Part shown: one piece after another, positions 20,194 through 30,815 of the stretch | How the letters are laid out: every line of letters begins with the position of its first letter | Position numbering within the stretch: the first letter of the stretch is position 1 | Translations under genes and position numbers: made by a program | Source of the DNA: Gammaproteobacteria bacterium Ga0077536 | GTDB taxonomy: Bacteria; Pseudomonadota; Gammaproteobacteria; Ga0077536 | DNA length: 64,000 nucleotides | NCBI GenBank assembly: GCA_001464935.1 | Contig: LNEL01000054.1 | Location: 21,407 to 85,406 of the forward strand | Reading direction: 5' to 3' | The notes under the pieces: generated by a model | What the model was told of the DNA's origin: nothing | Databases searched by the model: none | The model's input: the letters and a program-made list of their open reading frames with translations, nothing else

Positions 20194-21540
20194 ATGAGTC
20201 CTGAAGAACTGCAGAAAATGATCGAGATGTCCGGCGCCATCAATATGGAAATTTTCTATTGGTGGTGCACGGCGGTGATGATCCTCATCCACGCCGGCTT
20301 CCTCGCCTATGAAATGGGCGCGTCCAGAGTCAAGAACACGCTCGCCTCGGCGGTGAAGAACATTCTCGCCTTTGCGTTCATCGTGCCGACCTTCTTCTTC
20401 TTCGGCTGGTGGATCTATCTCGCGATGCCGAACGGGTTCGCGCCCGACTTCGCGTCCGGTGCCGCCGGCATTCCGTGGAGCGCCTCGATGGGGCCCAATC
20501 TCACGGACAACGCGACCGGTGTGTTCTGGGCGGCGTTCACGATGTTCGCGGCGACCACTGCGTCGATCATGTCCGGTGCGGTCATCGAGCGTATCCGCAT
20601 CAGCGGGTTCATCCTGCTCGCGATCCTGCTGGGCTCGGTGGTATGGATCCTCGCCGCCTCGTGGGGCTGGCATCCGACCGGCTGGCTCACGATGAAGTGG
20701 GGCTTCCATGACACGGCAGCTGCCGGCTGCGTGCACATGATCGCCGGCTGGTTCACGCTCGGCGTCGTGATGAACCTCGGGCCCCGGCTCGGCAAGTTCA
20801 ACGCCGACGGCAGCGCGAACGATCTACCCGGCCACAGCATGCCGATGACCACCATCGGCCTGATGATGATCATCGTCGGGTTCTTCGGTTTCCTCGGCGG
20901 TTGCATCATCTACAAGACCGGCGCGCAGTGGGTCACGATCTACAACACGCCCGCCACGCTGTCCGCGTTCGCCTTCAACACGCTGATGGGTTTTGCGGGT
21001 GGTGTGATCGGCGCCTTCGTCGTCAGCCGCGGCAGTCCGTTCTGGATGATGTCCGGTGGCCTCGCCGGCATCATCTCCGCCGCGCCCGGCCTCGAGCTGT
21101 ACTTTCCGCCACTCGCGTTCGTGATCGCGCTCGTCGGCGGCGGCCTCATCAAGCCGCTCGGCGATCTGCTCGAAAAGCGCTTCAAGCTCGACGATGCGGT
21201 GGGTGCGTTCGCGGTGCACGCGGGAGCGGGCACCTGGGGCATCCTCGCGCTTGGCATCTTTGCCAGCGGTTACCCGCACATCGATGCGCCGGCGACGAGC
21301 TTCATGGGCCAGCTGGGTGGTGCGCTGGTGATGGCGGGGCTCGGCTTCGGCACGGGTTACCTGGCATCGCTGATGCTGAAGCAGGTCGGGCTGCTGCGCG
21401 TTGCGCCGGAAAGCGAACTGCTGGGCCTCGATGCGGCCGAACTGCCCGCGCTGCCCTACCCGGAATCGGTGCCGGCCACGGCACCGTCGCCGCGCGCGCC
21501 GTCCGCCGCCCCGGCGGGCGTGCCGGCGCAGGCAGTCTGA
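20194..21540 (+). CDS. Ammonium/methylammonium transporter (divergent Amt family)
   Basis: AGFLAYEMG, FAATTASIMSGAVIERI, GFHD....VH, LGPRLGKF, DDAVGAFAVH. Polytopic membrane protein. Confidence 0.92.
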   Translation: MSPEELQKMIEMSGAINMEIFYWWCTAVMILIHAGFLAYEMGASRVKNTLASAVKNILAFAFIVPTFFFFGWWIYLAMPNGFAPDFASGAAGIPWSASMGPNLTDNATGVFWAAFTMFAATTASIMSGAVIERIRISGFILLAILLGSVVWILAASWGWHPTGWLTMKWGFHDTAAAGCVHMIAGWFTLGVVMNLGPRLGKFNADGSANDLPGHSMPMTTIGLMMIIVGFFGFLGGCIIYKTGAQWVTIYNTPATLSAFAFNTLMGFAGGVIGAFVVSRGSPFWMMSGGLAGIISAAPGLELYFPPLAFVIALVGGGLIKPLGDLLEKRFKLDDAVGAFAVHAGAGTWGILALGIFASGYPHIDAPATSFMGQLGGALVMAGLGFGTGYLASLMLKQVGLLRVAPESELLGLDAAELPALPYPESVPATAPSPRAPSAAPAGVPAQAV

Positions 21541-21574
21541 ACGCGACCATTCAATCTTCGACAGGAGCAATGTC

Positions 21575-21751
21575 ATGGGGAGTCCAATCAGTACCTGGGA
21601 AGGCGCGAGCGCTTACTACACGTCTGCCGGCTCGGGCGGTGTCCTGATGTTCTGGCTCGCGCTGGCGGTGGTGGCGGTGATCGGTGCGATCGTCCACACC
21701 AGCCTGCACGAGGACAAGTCCGCAACTGCGGTGCGCAACGGGCACCGCTGA
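21575..21751 (+). CDS. Small (58 aa) single-pass membrane protein downstream of amt
   Basis: AGGAG upstream. MGSPISTWEGASAYY, then a TM helix, then HE. Co-oriented 34 nt after the amt stop. Confidence 0.7.
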   Translation: MGSPISTWEGASAYYTSAGSGGVLMFWLALAVVAVIGAIVHTSLHEDKSATAVRNGHR

Positions 21752-21921
21752 TCTCGACGGGACCTGGCGGCGCGGGCGATCAACCCGCGCCGCCTGCTGA
21801 TCTCCGGCCTCACCGCTGACGCTGCAAGCGACCGATACAGGCGCGATACGCGCCACTCAGGCCTACACTGCGTGCAGGGAACCGCGCCGATACCGGCGCG
21901 GCCCGCAGCGGAGATCGGGCC

Positions 21922-23304
<1,383 letters not shown>

Positions 23305-23351
23305 AGGACGCGAGGCCGGGGTGGCCGACACCGGACTTGCCGGCCCGCGCG

Positions 23352-24533
23352 TCAACGCAGCTTCAGTTCGCCCAGCCAGTCGAACAGGGTATTGCCCAGC
23401 CACACGCCGAGCAGGCGGCTGCCGTCGACGGTCAGGCCCAGCTCGTTGGCGTGATACAGCGGTAGCGTATCCGGCGCGGCAGCGGCCTCCGCGAGGACGT
23501 CATGCAGTGCAAGGCAACGCAGCGCCTGTGCTGTGCAGAAAGCGCTGACGATAGCCGCATCGGGTGCCGGCTGTTGCGTGGCCGGCACGCCGAACAGGGC
23601 GCGGCCGGCCGGCCATTCGTCAGCCGCAATCTGCGGTGCCAGCGGCAGATGAATCAGCATGAACGGCAGATCGCGCGCCTGCGCCAGTGCGGCAATCGCC
23701 TGGATGTGTCGCAGCGTCGGCGCCAGCGTGGCCTCGAGTGTCGCGTCGTCACCGCGCATGCCGGCCAGCCGATCGCGAAGCGGATCGCCGGGCGGGTGAT
23801 CGCCGGTCATCTGTCGGGTCGACCATTGCGTGGCGAGCCAGCGTGCGAGTGCGCTGCGCGGCGCCAGCGCACGAAACGGGTTCCCGGCGTTGCGCGGCCG
23901 ATCGGCCGCGTGCGGCAGTTGCGGGTTTTGCGCAGCCGCGTCGTCGAGACCCGTGGCGAGCCCCTCCTCGAGCTGCGCGTGCGCGAGGAACTGGTGATCA
24001 GCCTGCGGCATCAGCGGGCTGTAGACGAACACGATCCCGCGCGGCTTCAGGTCGTCGACGAGACGACGTGCCATCAACAGGTTCTGCGCGGCGCCGTAGC
24101 CGGACTTGCCGCCGATCACGAGCCGTACGGGCGGCTTGAGCGCGGTCTTCTCGTTGATGAGCCGCTGCGCGTTGACGACCATCGTTTCGTCGATGTCCGT
24201 GCCCCAGCCTTCGACGAACTCGTCGCCGAGCACCAGGAACTTCAGTTCGCTGCGCAGGTGCGTGCCCATCGGCCGATCGCGCAGTCCGATTTCGTTGGTC
24301 TTGAAGAGGATTGAGAAGTCGCCGCTGGGAGCGTCGAGCAGCACGTCGACATTCGGCTTGTAACGCACGCCCAGCGTGCGATCGAACTCGACGAACCTGC
24401 CGAGCGACGCCGTCAGCGTGTCGTCCGCCACCAGCGGCCCAGGCACCACGCCGAGCCCGTATCGTGCGACCGCCTCACCACCCCCGATCAAGACCACCAG
24501 CAGGCCCAGCAGCTTGAGCATCGATGATTTCAT
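23352..24533 (-). CDS. Membrane-anchored SGNH/GDSL-fold protein with degenerate catalytic motifs
   Basis: N-terminal TM ending in E...R, TNEIGLRD, LVLGDEFVEGWG (block I), GKSGYGAAQ (block II). Confidence 0.65.
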   Translation of the reverse strand: MKSSMLKLLGLLVVLIGGGEAVARYGLGVVPGPLVADDTLTASLGRFVEFDRTLGVRYKPNVDVLLDAPSGDFSILFKTNEIGLRDRPMGTHLRSELKFLVLGDEFVEGWGTDIDETMVVNAQRLINEKTALKPPVRLVIGGKSGYGAAQNLLMARRLVDDLKPRGIVFVYSPLMPQADHQFLAHAQLEEGLATGLDDAAAQNPQLPHAADRPRNAGNPFRALAPRSALARWLATQWSTRQMTGDHPPGDPLRDRLAGMRGDDATLEATLAPTLRHIQAIAALAQARDLPFMLIHLPLAPQIAADEWPAGRALFGVPATQQPAPDAAIVSAFCTAQALRCLALHDVLAEAAAAPDTLPLYHANELGLTVDGSRLLGVWLGNTLFDWLGELKLR

Positions 24534-24561
24534 GCGTTGTGCCTCCCCTTGAGCTTCTTTT

Positions 24562-24580
24562 GCCACAGAGAATACGGAGA
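24562..24580 (+). repeat. Partial arm of the 9-nt-period repeat family
   Basis: GCCACAGAGAATACGGAGA, 20 nt from a REP. Confidence 0.55.
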
Positions 24581-24600
24581 TAGCAAAGGGCTTGGGGCTC

Positions 24601-24633
24601 GTAGGTCGGGTTGACGCAGGAAGCCCGACCTAC
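24601..24633. repeat. Variant REP with GTAG at both ends
   Basis: GTAG-GTCGGGTT-GACGCAGGA-AGCCCGAC-CTAC. Same loop as the family, with a compensatory stem change. Confidence 0.85.
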
Positions 24634-24715
24634 GGACCCGGCCCAACTCATTCTTCCCTGAAGTTCCCGGTGGCTGCCATGCGCCCGGCCACCCCACGGT
24701 GCAGCCACCGCGCCA

Positions 24716-25180
24716 CTATTCGAGCGACAGAATGAAGTCCCATTCATCCGCCGTGACCGGCATCACGGACAGGCGGTTGCCGCGACGCACGAGGGCCATG
24801 TCGGCGAGCGGGGAAGCGGCCTTCAGTTCGCCCAGCGTGATGTTGCGCTTCAGACGGCGTTTGAGCTTCACGTCGACGACATACCAGCGTGGATTCGCCG
24901 GATCGCTCTGCGGATCGTGGTAGGGGCTCGACGGATCGAAAGCGGACGGATCGGGGTAGGCGGCGCGCGCGACTTCGCACAGGCCGACGATGCCGGGCTC
25001 CGCGCAGTTCGAATGATAGAAGAACACGAGATCGCCGACGCGCATGTCGTCGCGGATCATGTTGCGCGCCTGGTAGTTGCGCACGCCATCCCACATCGTG
25101 GTGCGCTTCGGCATCTGCGCGAGATGATCGAGACTGAAAGTCTCGGGCTCGCTCTTCATCAACCAGTGACGAACCGTCAT
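24716..25180 (-). CDS. EVE domain protein
   Basis: WLMKSEP, WDGVRNYQARN, GDLVFFYHS, RLSVMPV. Confidence 0.95.
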   Translation of the reverse strand: MTVRHWLMKSEPETFSLDHLAQMPKRTTMWDGVRNYQARNMIRDDMRVGDLVFFYHSNCAEPGIVGLCEVARAAYPDPSAFDPSSPYHDPQSDPANPRWYVVDVKLKRRLKRNITLGELKAASPLADMALVRRGNRLSVMPVTADEWDFILSLE

Positions 25181-25201
25181 GCCGAAACGCCCTGAAAAAG
25201 G

Positions 25202-25389
25202 GGTGCCCTCCACAATGCCGCTGCGGGCTGTAATCTTGAACCAATGGCTCAAGATTGGAACTTCTCGGAGCGATTCAGGCTTTCCGCAGCGAGGCGGACA
25301 TGCACAACATCGATGCCAGATCAGTCCCTGTTGCGATAAATTATCGGCTCAAGGATTTTCAGCCCCTGGCGAACACCGCAGAGGACACC
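25202..25389 (-). ncRNA. ssrS: 6S RNA
   Basis: About 188 nt immediately downstream of zapA. Ends pair (GGTGTCCTC / GAGGGCACC), with internal GTGTTCGC, CCTTGAGCCGA and GTGCATGTCCG segments typical of gammaproteobacterial 6S. TAGAAT -10 box at 25397-25402. Confidence 0.88.
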
Positions 25390-25412
25390 TGGCCGCATTC
25401 TAGCGTGAATCC

Positions 25413-25751
25413 TCAGTTCGTGCCGTGTGACGGCCTCGACATCTCGTGCACGTCGCCGCGCGAGAGCGCGGACTGGATCTTGCGCTGGATGCGTTCGATG
25501 CCATCGCCGATGTCATTCGCGACATTGTCATTGCGGCGGCGGTAGTCGAGATATTCATGCGCGATGTTCAGCGCCGCCATCACGGCCACGCGCTCACTGC
25601 CGATGACCTTGCCGCTGTCGCGCTGTTCGCGCAGTTTGCGGTTCAGGAATTCGACGCTGGCAAACAGGGACTCGCGTTCGTCCTCGGCGCAGCCGACGAC
25701 ATACTCCTTGTCCATGATCGTCACCGTAATGGGCTTGACCGATGAACTCAT
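25413..25751 (-). CDS. zapA: Cell division protein ZapA
   Basis: VTIMDKEYVVGC, ERVAVMAALNIAHE. Confidence 0.95.
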   Translation of the reverse strand: MSSSVKPITVTIMDKEYVVGCAEDERESLFASVEFLNRKLREQRDSGKVIGSERVAVMAALNIAHEYLDYRRRNDNVANDIGDGIERIQRKIQSALSRGDVHEMSRPSHGTN

Positions 25752-25849
25752 GCGCGCTGTGCCTCCATAGGCGACGGGGCAGCATCCGGACGGGGCTGCA
25801 ATTCGAAGCGTTGTGTGAGCCGGCCAGCCCGTGGGTGAGGCGGGATTGG

Positions 25850-26071
25850 TCAGCGGGTTTCCATGGCCTTGAGACGCGCGATCATGGCTTCGACGCGGCT
25901 TCTGGCCTGTTCTGTTTTTTCGATCAGCGTGGCGCGCTCCGCCGCCAGCACGGCCTGCTGGTTGCGCAGTGCTTCGTTCTCATGCTGGAGAGAGTCAATC
26001 GTGCGGATGAGTTCATCCACCCGGCTCTCCAGCGATGCGATGTCCAGCTTTTCTTTCAAGATCGTTGCCAT
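25850..26071 (-). CDS. TIGR02449/ZapB-like coiled-coil protein
   Basis: LESRVDELI...ENEALR...ERATLIEK...ARSRVEAMIARLKAME. Upstream of zapA. Confidence 0.88.
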   Translation of the reverse strand: MATILKEKLDIASLESRVDELIRTIDSLQHENEALRNQQAVLAAERATLIEKTEQARSRVEAMIARLKAMETR

Positions 26072-26119
26072 GCTGTTGCGTGCTCGCGCCAGTGACGCAC
26101 ACGCCTGTATCTAAAACGC

Positions 26120-26148
26120 AATATAGAGCCGGCCTCAGACCGGGTCAA
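26120..26148 (-). promoter_or_regulatory. Sigma70 promoter for the zapB-like/zapA unit
   Basis: TTGACC-N17-TATATT on the minus strand. Confidence 0.6.
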
Positions 26149-26254
26149 CGGGACATCAGGACCGTCGGTCAGCAGCCCGGTCCGGGATCCTCCTGCTTCT
26201 GCGGGTCGTACAGTCGTGTGATAATTGCCACTCTTGGCAAGGAGTCCGCGCGCC

Positions 26255-26818
26255 ATGTCCAGCCGCCCCGAACGCGCCCTGTATGAATCCGTCGCGCAAT
26301 CCCTGCGCGAACTGACTTCCGACGTCGAGGCCGCCGAGAGCCACGGCATGCTGTGCGGCATGCTCTGCAATCCGGAACCCTTCGACGGCGATGCCTGGCT
26401 GCGACACGTGCTCGGCTATGCGCCGGCACAGCGCCTGTCCGATCTGCCGCAGACCAGTGCGCTGCTGGCGATGGTGGCCTCGACCATCCGCGCCCTGAAA
26501 GAAGACGATTTCGGCTTCGACCTGCTGCTGCCGGACGAATCAGCGCCCCTGAGCCTGCGTGCGATCGCGCTCGGCGCCTGGTGTCGCGGCTTTCTGTCCG
26601 GTTTCGGCCTGCATGGCGCGGGCGCCCGGCTGAACGCCGAAGGCCGTGAATTCCTGCGCGACCTCTACAAGATTGGCCAGGTCTCGGCGGTCGATGCGCA
26701 GGGCGACGAGGGCGAACGCGCGTTCTTCGAAGTCGTCGAGTACGCCCGCATGGGCGCGATGATGCTGCACGAAGAGTTCCGCAGCCTGTTTGCCGATCCC
26801 CAGCCCAGCCTGCACTGA
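26255..26818 (+). CDS. ygfB: UPF0149 (YgfB/YecA) family protein
   Basis: AAESHGMLCG, FDLLLPD, WCRGFLSGFG, EVVEYARM. Heads the pepP-ubiH operon. Confidence 0.9.
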   Translation: MSSRPERALYESVAQSLRELTSDVEAAESHGMLCGMLCNPEPFDGDAWLRHVLGYAPAQRLSDLPQTSALLAMVASTIRALKEDDFGFDLLLPDESAPLSLRAIALGAWCRGFLSGFGLHGAGARLNAEGREFLRDLYKIGQVSAVDAQGDEGERAFFEVVEYARMGAMMLHEEFRSLFADPQPSLH

Positions 26819-26824
26819 GGTCCC

Positions 26825-28144
26825 ATGGACAAGAGAGAGTTCGCCCGCCGCCGCAAGAAACTGATGGACATCGTCGACGGTGGCGGCATCGCCATCCAGC
26901 CGACGGCGCCGGAGCGCATCCGGAACCGCGACGTCTACTACCCGTTCCGTTCCGACAGCGACTTCCACTACCTGACGGGCTTTCCGGAGCCCGAGGCGGT
27001 GATGGTGCTGGTGCCGAACCGGCCGCAGGGCGAGTACATCCTGTTCTGCCGCGAGAAGGACCCCGAAGCCGAGACCTGGCATGGTCGTCGCGCCGGGCTC
27101 GAGGGCGCCTGCGAACTCTACGGCGCGGACGACGCGTTTCCGATCTCGGATCTCGACGACATCCTGCCGGGCCTGCTCGAGAACAAGGAACGCATCTATT
27201 ACACGATGGGACGCTACCAGGACTTCGACCAGCGCCTCGTCGGCTGGTTGAACCGGGTCACGAGCAAGGGACGCGCCGGCGTGCACGCGCCCGACCAGTT
27301 CAACTCGGTCGGCCATTACGTACACGAAATGCGGATGTACAAGAGCCGTGAAGAGATCAAGACGATGCGGCGTGCGGCGCAGATATCGGCCGCCGCCCAC
27401 CGTCGCGCGATGGAAATCTGCAAGCCGGGCGTGTTCGAGTACCAGATCGAGGCCGAACTGCTGCACAACTTCATGCGCCATGGCAGCCGGGCACCGGCCT
27501 ATCCGAGCATCGTCGGCGGCGGCGCCAACACCTGCATCCTGCACTACAACGAGAACAACGAGCAGCTCGGCGACGGCGATCTGTTGCTGATCGACGCCGG
27601 CTGCGAGCTCGATCACTACGCGAGCGACATCACCCGCACCTTCCCGGTCAACGGCCGCTTCACGCCCGAACAGCGCGCAATCTACGAGATCGTGCTCGAA
27701 GCCCAGCTCGCGGCGATCGACAAGGTCGCGCCGGGCAATCACTGGAACGAACCACACCAGGCGGCGGTCGAGGTGATCACGAAGGGGCTGATCGAGGTCG
27801 GCATTCTGAAGGGCCGCTGGCGCACGCTCGTCAAGGAGGAAGCGTACCGGCCCTACTACATGCATCGCACTGGACACTGGCTCGGCATGGACGTGCACGA
27901 CGTCGGCGACTACAAGGTCGGTGACGAATGGCGCACCTTCGAGCCCGGCATGGTGACGACGGTCGAGCCGGGCCTGTACCTGTCGCCGACGATCAAGGGG
28001 CTCGCGAAGCGCTGGTGGAACATCGGCGTGCGTATCGAGGACGATGTCCTCGTCACCGCCGACGGGCGCGATGTCCTGAGCCACGGTGCGCCGAAGTCGG
28101 TGGCCGAGATCGAATCCGTGATGCAGCTCGCCAGTGTCGCGTGA
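26825..28144 (+). CDS. pepP: Xaa-Pro aminopeptidase
   Basis: SDFHYLTGFPEP, LIDAG, YASDITRT, HWLGMDVHD, TVEPGLY, GVRIEDD. Confidence 0.97.
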   Translation: MDKREFARRRKKLMDIVDGGGIAIQPTAPERIRNRDVYYPFRSDSDFHYLTGFPEPEAVMVLVPNRPQGEYILFCREKDPEAETWHGRRAGLEGACELYGADDAFPISDLDDILPGLLENKERIYYTMGRYQDFDQRLVGWLNRVTSKGRAGVHAPDQFNSVGHYVHEMRMYKSREEIKTMRRAAQISAAAHRRAMEICKPGVFEYQIEAELLHNFMRHGSRAPAYPSIVGGGANTCILHYNENNEQLGDGDLLLIDAGCELDHYASDITRTFPVNGRFTPEQRAIYEIVLEAQLAAIDKVAPGNHWNEPHQAAVEVITKGLIEVGILKGRWRTLVKEEAYRPYYMHRTGHWLGMDVHDVGDYKVGDEWRTFEPGMVTTVEPGLYLSPTIKGLAKRWWNIGVRIEDDVLVTADGRDVLSHGAPKSVAEIESVMQLASVA

Positions 28145-29351
28145 GTTCGACTGCGTCATCGTCGGTGCCGGGCTCGCCGGCGCGACGCTGGCGGTGGGTC
28201 TCGACACCCTCGGCCTGAGCGTCGCCACCGTCGATGCGCGATCGCGCACGCCGGCCGCGCCGGGCCGCGACGTGCGGGGCCTCGCGCTCGCGCCCTCGTC
28301 CCAGCGTCTGCTCGCGACCCTCGGCCTGTGGTCCACGCTTGCCCCTCACACCACCGCGCTGAAGACCATCGTCATCACCGATCGCGGCCAGTTCGGCTCG
28401 ACCCGCCTGTGTGCGGCGGACGTCGGCGTGCCGGCGCTCGGGCACGTGTGCCCGGCCGACCAGCTGCTGGGCCGCCTCGATGCCGCGCTGACGACGCTGC
28501 CCGGCTGCACCGCTTACTGGCAGTCGACCGTCGGTGACATCGTCGCCGGCCCCGACGCCGTGACGCTGACCGTCAGCGACGGGCAGGCGCAGACCGCCGT
28601 TTCCGCGCGTCTGCTGATCGCGGCCGACGGCCTGCATTCGGCCGTGCGACGGCATTTCGACATCGCCGCAACGAGCCGCGATTACGGGCAGACGGCGATC
28701 GTCGCGAATGCCGACGTCGAACGTCCGGTGCCCGACACCGCGTTCGAACGCTTCACCCGCGAAGGACCGCTCGCGGTGCTGCCCATCGGCGGCGCGCGCG
28801 TGGTCATCGTGCGCGCCGCGCGCACCGACGAAGCCACCGGCCTGATGCGCCTGTCAGACGAGGCGTTCCTGCACGACGTCAGGCAGCGCTTCGGCGGCCG
28901 CCTCGGCCGATTCTCGGCGCTCGGCGAACGGCGCAGCCACCCGCTGATCCTCAATCGCGCCCAGGCGCTGCACGCGCCGCGCACGGTGCTCATCGGCAAT
29001 GCGGCGAACACCATTCATCCGAACGGGGCGCAGGGCCTGAATCTCGGGCTGCGCGACGTCGCGACCCTGCTCGACTGTGTGCAGATGGCGCTGGCGCGCG
29101 GTGAGGATCCGGCTTCGACCGCCGTGCTCGAGGGCTATGCGCGGCGGCGCCGGCCCGATCACGACCGCACTGCGCGGTTTTCGGATGGCCTCGCGCGGGT
29201 ATTCGGCCTCGATCTGGGGCCGGTGAACGTCGCGCGCGGCGCCGCGCTGCTGGCCTGCGATCTGCTGCCCCCGCTGAAGCGCGCGCTGATGTGGCGCCTG
29301 ATGGGCCTGCGCGGCGAGACGAATCGATGGCTGCGCGCCCCGCAAGCCTGA
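28134..29351 (+). CDS. ubiH: 2-octaprenyl-6-methoxyphenol hydroxylase
   Basis: GAGLAG, AADG, AFERFTREGP, IGNAANTIHPNGAQGLNLGLRD. Follows pepP. Confidence 0.9.
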   Translation: MSREFDCVIVGAGLAGATLAVGLDTLGLSVATVDARSRTPAAPGRDVRGLALAPSSQRLLATLGLWSTLAPHTTALKTIVITDRGQFGSTRLCAADVGVPALGHVCPADQLLGRLDAALTTLPGCTAYWQSTVGDIVAGPDAVTLTVSDGQAQTAVSARLLIAADGLHSAVRRHFDIAATSRDYGQTAIVANADVERPVPDTAFERFTREGPLAVLPIGGARVVIVRAARTDEATGLMRLSDEAFLHDVRQRFGGRLGRFSALGERRSHPLILNRAQALHAPRTVLIGNAANTIHPNGAQGLNLGLRDVATLLDCVQMALARGEDPASTAVLEGYARRRRPDHDRTARFSDGLARVFGLDLGPVNVARGAALLACDLLPPLKRALMWRLMGLRGETNRWLRAPQA

Positions 29352-30568
29352 TGCCGCACGACTTCGCGGTCGTCGGCAGCGGCGTCGTCGGTGCGACGCT
29401 CGCGTGCCTGCTGGTCGATGCCGGCGCGAGCGTGGTGCTGATCGACGGCGTCGCACGTCACCCCGCCCGCGACGAACCCTACGACCTGCGGACCTATTCG
29501 CTGACGCCGGCGTCGCGCCGCATCCTGTCGGCGATCGGCGCCTGGCAGCGGCTCGACCAGGCGCGCATCACGGCCTACCACGGCATGCACGTGTGGGATG
29601 CCCAACGCCGCGGGGCGATCGACTTCGACGCCGCCGACAATGGCCGGCCCGAACTCGGATACATCGTCGAACTCTCGAACCTGCAGCAGGCGCTCGAGGG
29701 TGCCCTGCACGCGCGCCGCCAGCTGACCATGCAGCCGGGGCTCGTCGAGACGCTGCTGCCGGCGCCCGAGGGCATCAGCCTGCAGCTCGGCTCCGGTCGC
29801 GGCGTCACCGCGCGCGTCATCGCCGCCTGCGACGGCGGCGATTCGGCCCTGCGCGGTCTGGTCGGCATCGACGTCGAGGCACGTGAATATGCGCAGCAGG
29901 CGGTCGTCGCCAATGTGCGCACGGCCGAACCGCACGGCCACGTGGCGCGCCAGCGCTTCCTCGCCGACGGCCCGCTGGCCTTTCTGCCGTTGCCCGATCC
30001 GCATTGGTGCTCGGTGATCTGGTCGACCCGCGAGGACCACGCGGCGCACGCCGTCGGCCAGGACGATGCAGGGTTCTGTCATGCACTCGCGGCAGCCTTC
30101 GAGCACACGCTGGGCGAGGTGCTCTCGACGAGCCGCCGGCTGCGCTTTCCGCTGCGCTGGCGCCACGCGCGCCAGTACAGCGCGGAGCGCGTCGTGTTGG
30201 TCGGCGACGCTGCGCACCTGATGCATCCGCTGGCCGGGCAGGGCATGAACGTCGGCCTGCTCGACGCCGCGGTGCTCGCCGAGTGTGCCGACCGCGCGGG
30301 CCCGGCCGCGCTCCGCTACCCGCGCGCGCTGCTCCAGCGCTACGAGCGCCGGCGCCGCGGCGAAGTCCTGATGATGCTCGAAGCGACCGACCGCCTGAGC
30401 CGGCTCTTCACCGCCGACAACCCGGCGCTCGGCTGGCTGCGCAGCGCCGGCCTCGACCTCACGAACCGCCTGCCGCCGGTCAAGCGCCTGCTGATGAGCC
30501 ACGCGATGGGTGACGCCGGCGATCTGCCCGAGATCGCGCGGCCGGCGCGGGATGCTGTGCCTTTGTAG
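29351..30568 (+). CDS. ubiI: UbiI/VisC-family ubiquinone biosynthesis hydroxylase
   Basis: TGATG overlap with ubiH. ARQRF...GPLAFLP, GDAAHLMHPLAGQGMNVG. Confidence 0.8.
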   Translation: MPHDFAVVGSGVVGATLACLLVDAGASVVLIDGVARHPARDEPYDLRTYSLTPASRRILSAIGAWQRLDQARITAYHGMHVWDAQRRGAIDFDAADNGRPELGYIVELSNLQQALEGALHARRQLTMQPGLVETLLPAPEGISLQLGSGRGVTARVIAACDGGDSALRGLVGIDVEAREYAQQAVVANVRTAEPHGHVARQRFLADGPLAFLPLPDPHWCSVIWSTREDHAAHAVGQDDAGFCHALAAAFEHTLGEVLSTSRRLRFPLRWRHARQYSAERVVLVGDAAHLMHPLAGQGMNVGLLDAAVLAECADRAGPAALRYPRALLQRYERRRRGEVLMMLEATDRLSRLFTADNPALGWLRSAGLDLTNRLPPVKRLLMSHAMGDAGDLPEIARPARDAVPL

Positions 30569-30580
30569 CGGGGCTTTTTT

Positions 30581-30709
30581 GCCACCGAGAACACCGAGGG
30601 TTTTTTGAGTGCGCCGTGCCGGATTTGGACGCCTGAAGGCGCACCGGCGTGTGCGGCGTACCGTTCGTCGTGCATCATTCCCCTCTGAGTTCTCGGTGTT
30701 CTCGGTGGC
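30581..30709. repeat. Inverted-repeat element of the 9-nt-period family (129 nt)
   Basis: Left arm GCCACCGAGAACACCGAG. Right arm CTCTGAGTTCTCGGTGTTCTCGGTGGC. Unique spacer. Confidence 0.88.
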
Positions 30710-30815
30710 TGAACCCGCGTCAACGGGACGCCCACGCTCGACTCGCCGGAAGCAACGCCGGGCGAAGGCAGGCTGCTAGAATCCCGGTCACTGACCCAGC
30801 TCCGGAACCGAGTTC

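Noticed and set aside
24716..25180. EVE (and PIN-PhoH at 44916-46325) as anti-phage defence systems
   Set aside because: Both are stand-alone genes in their usual housekeeping neighbourhoods, with no partner nuclease or antitoxin.
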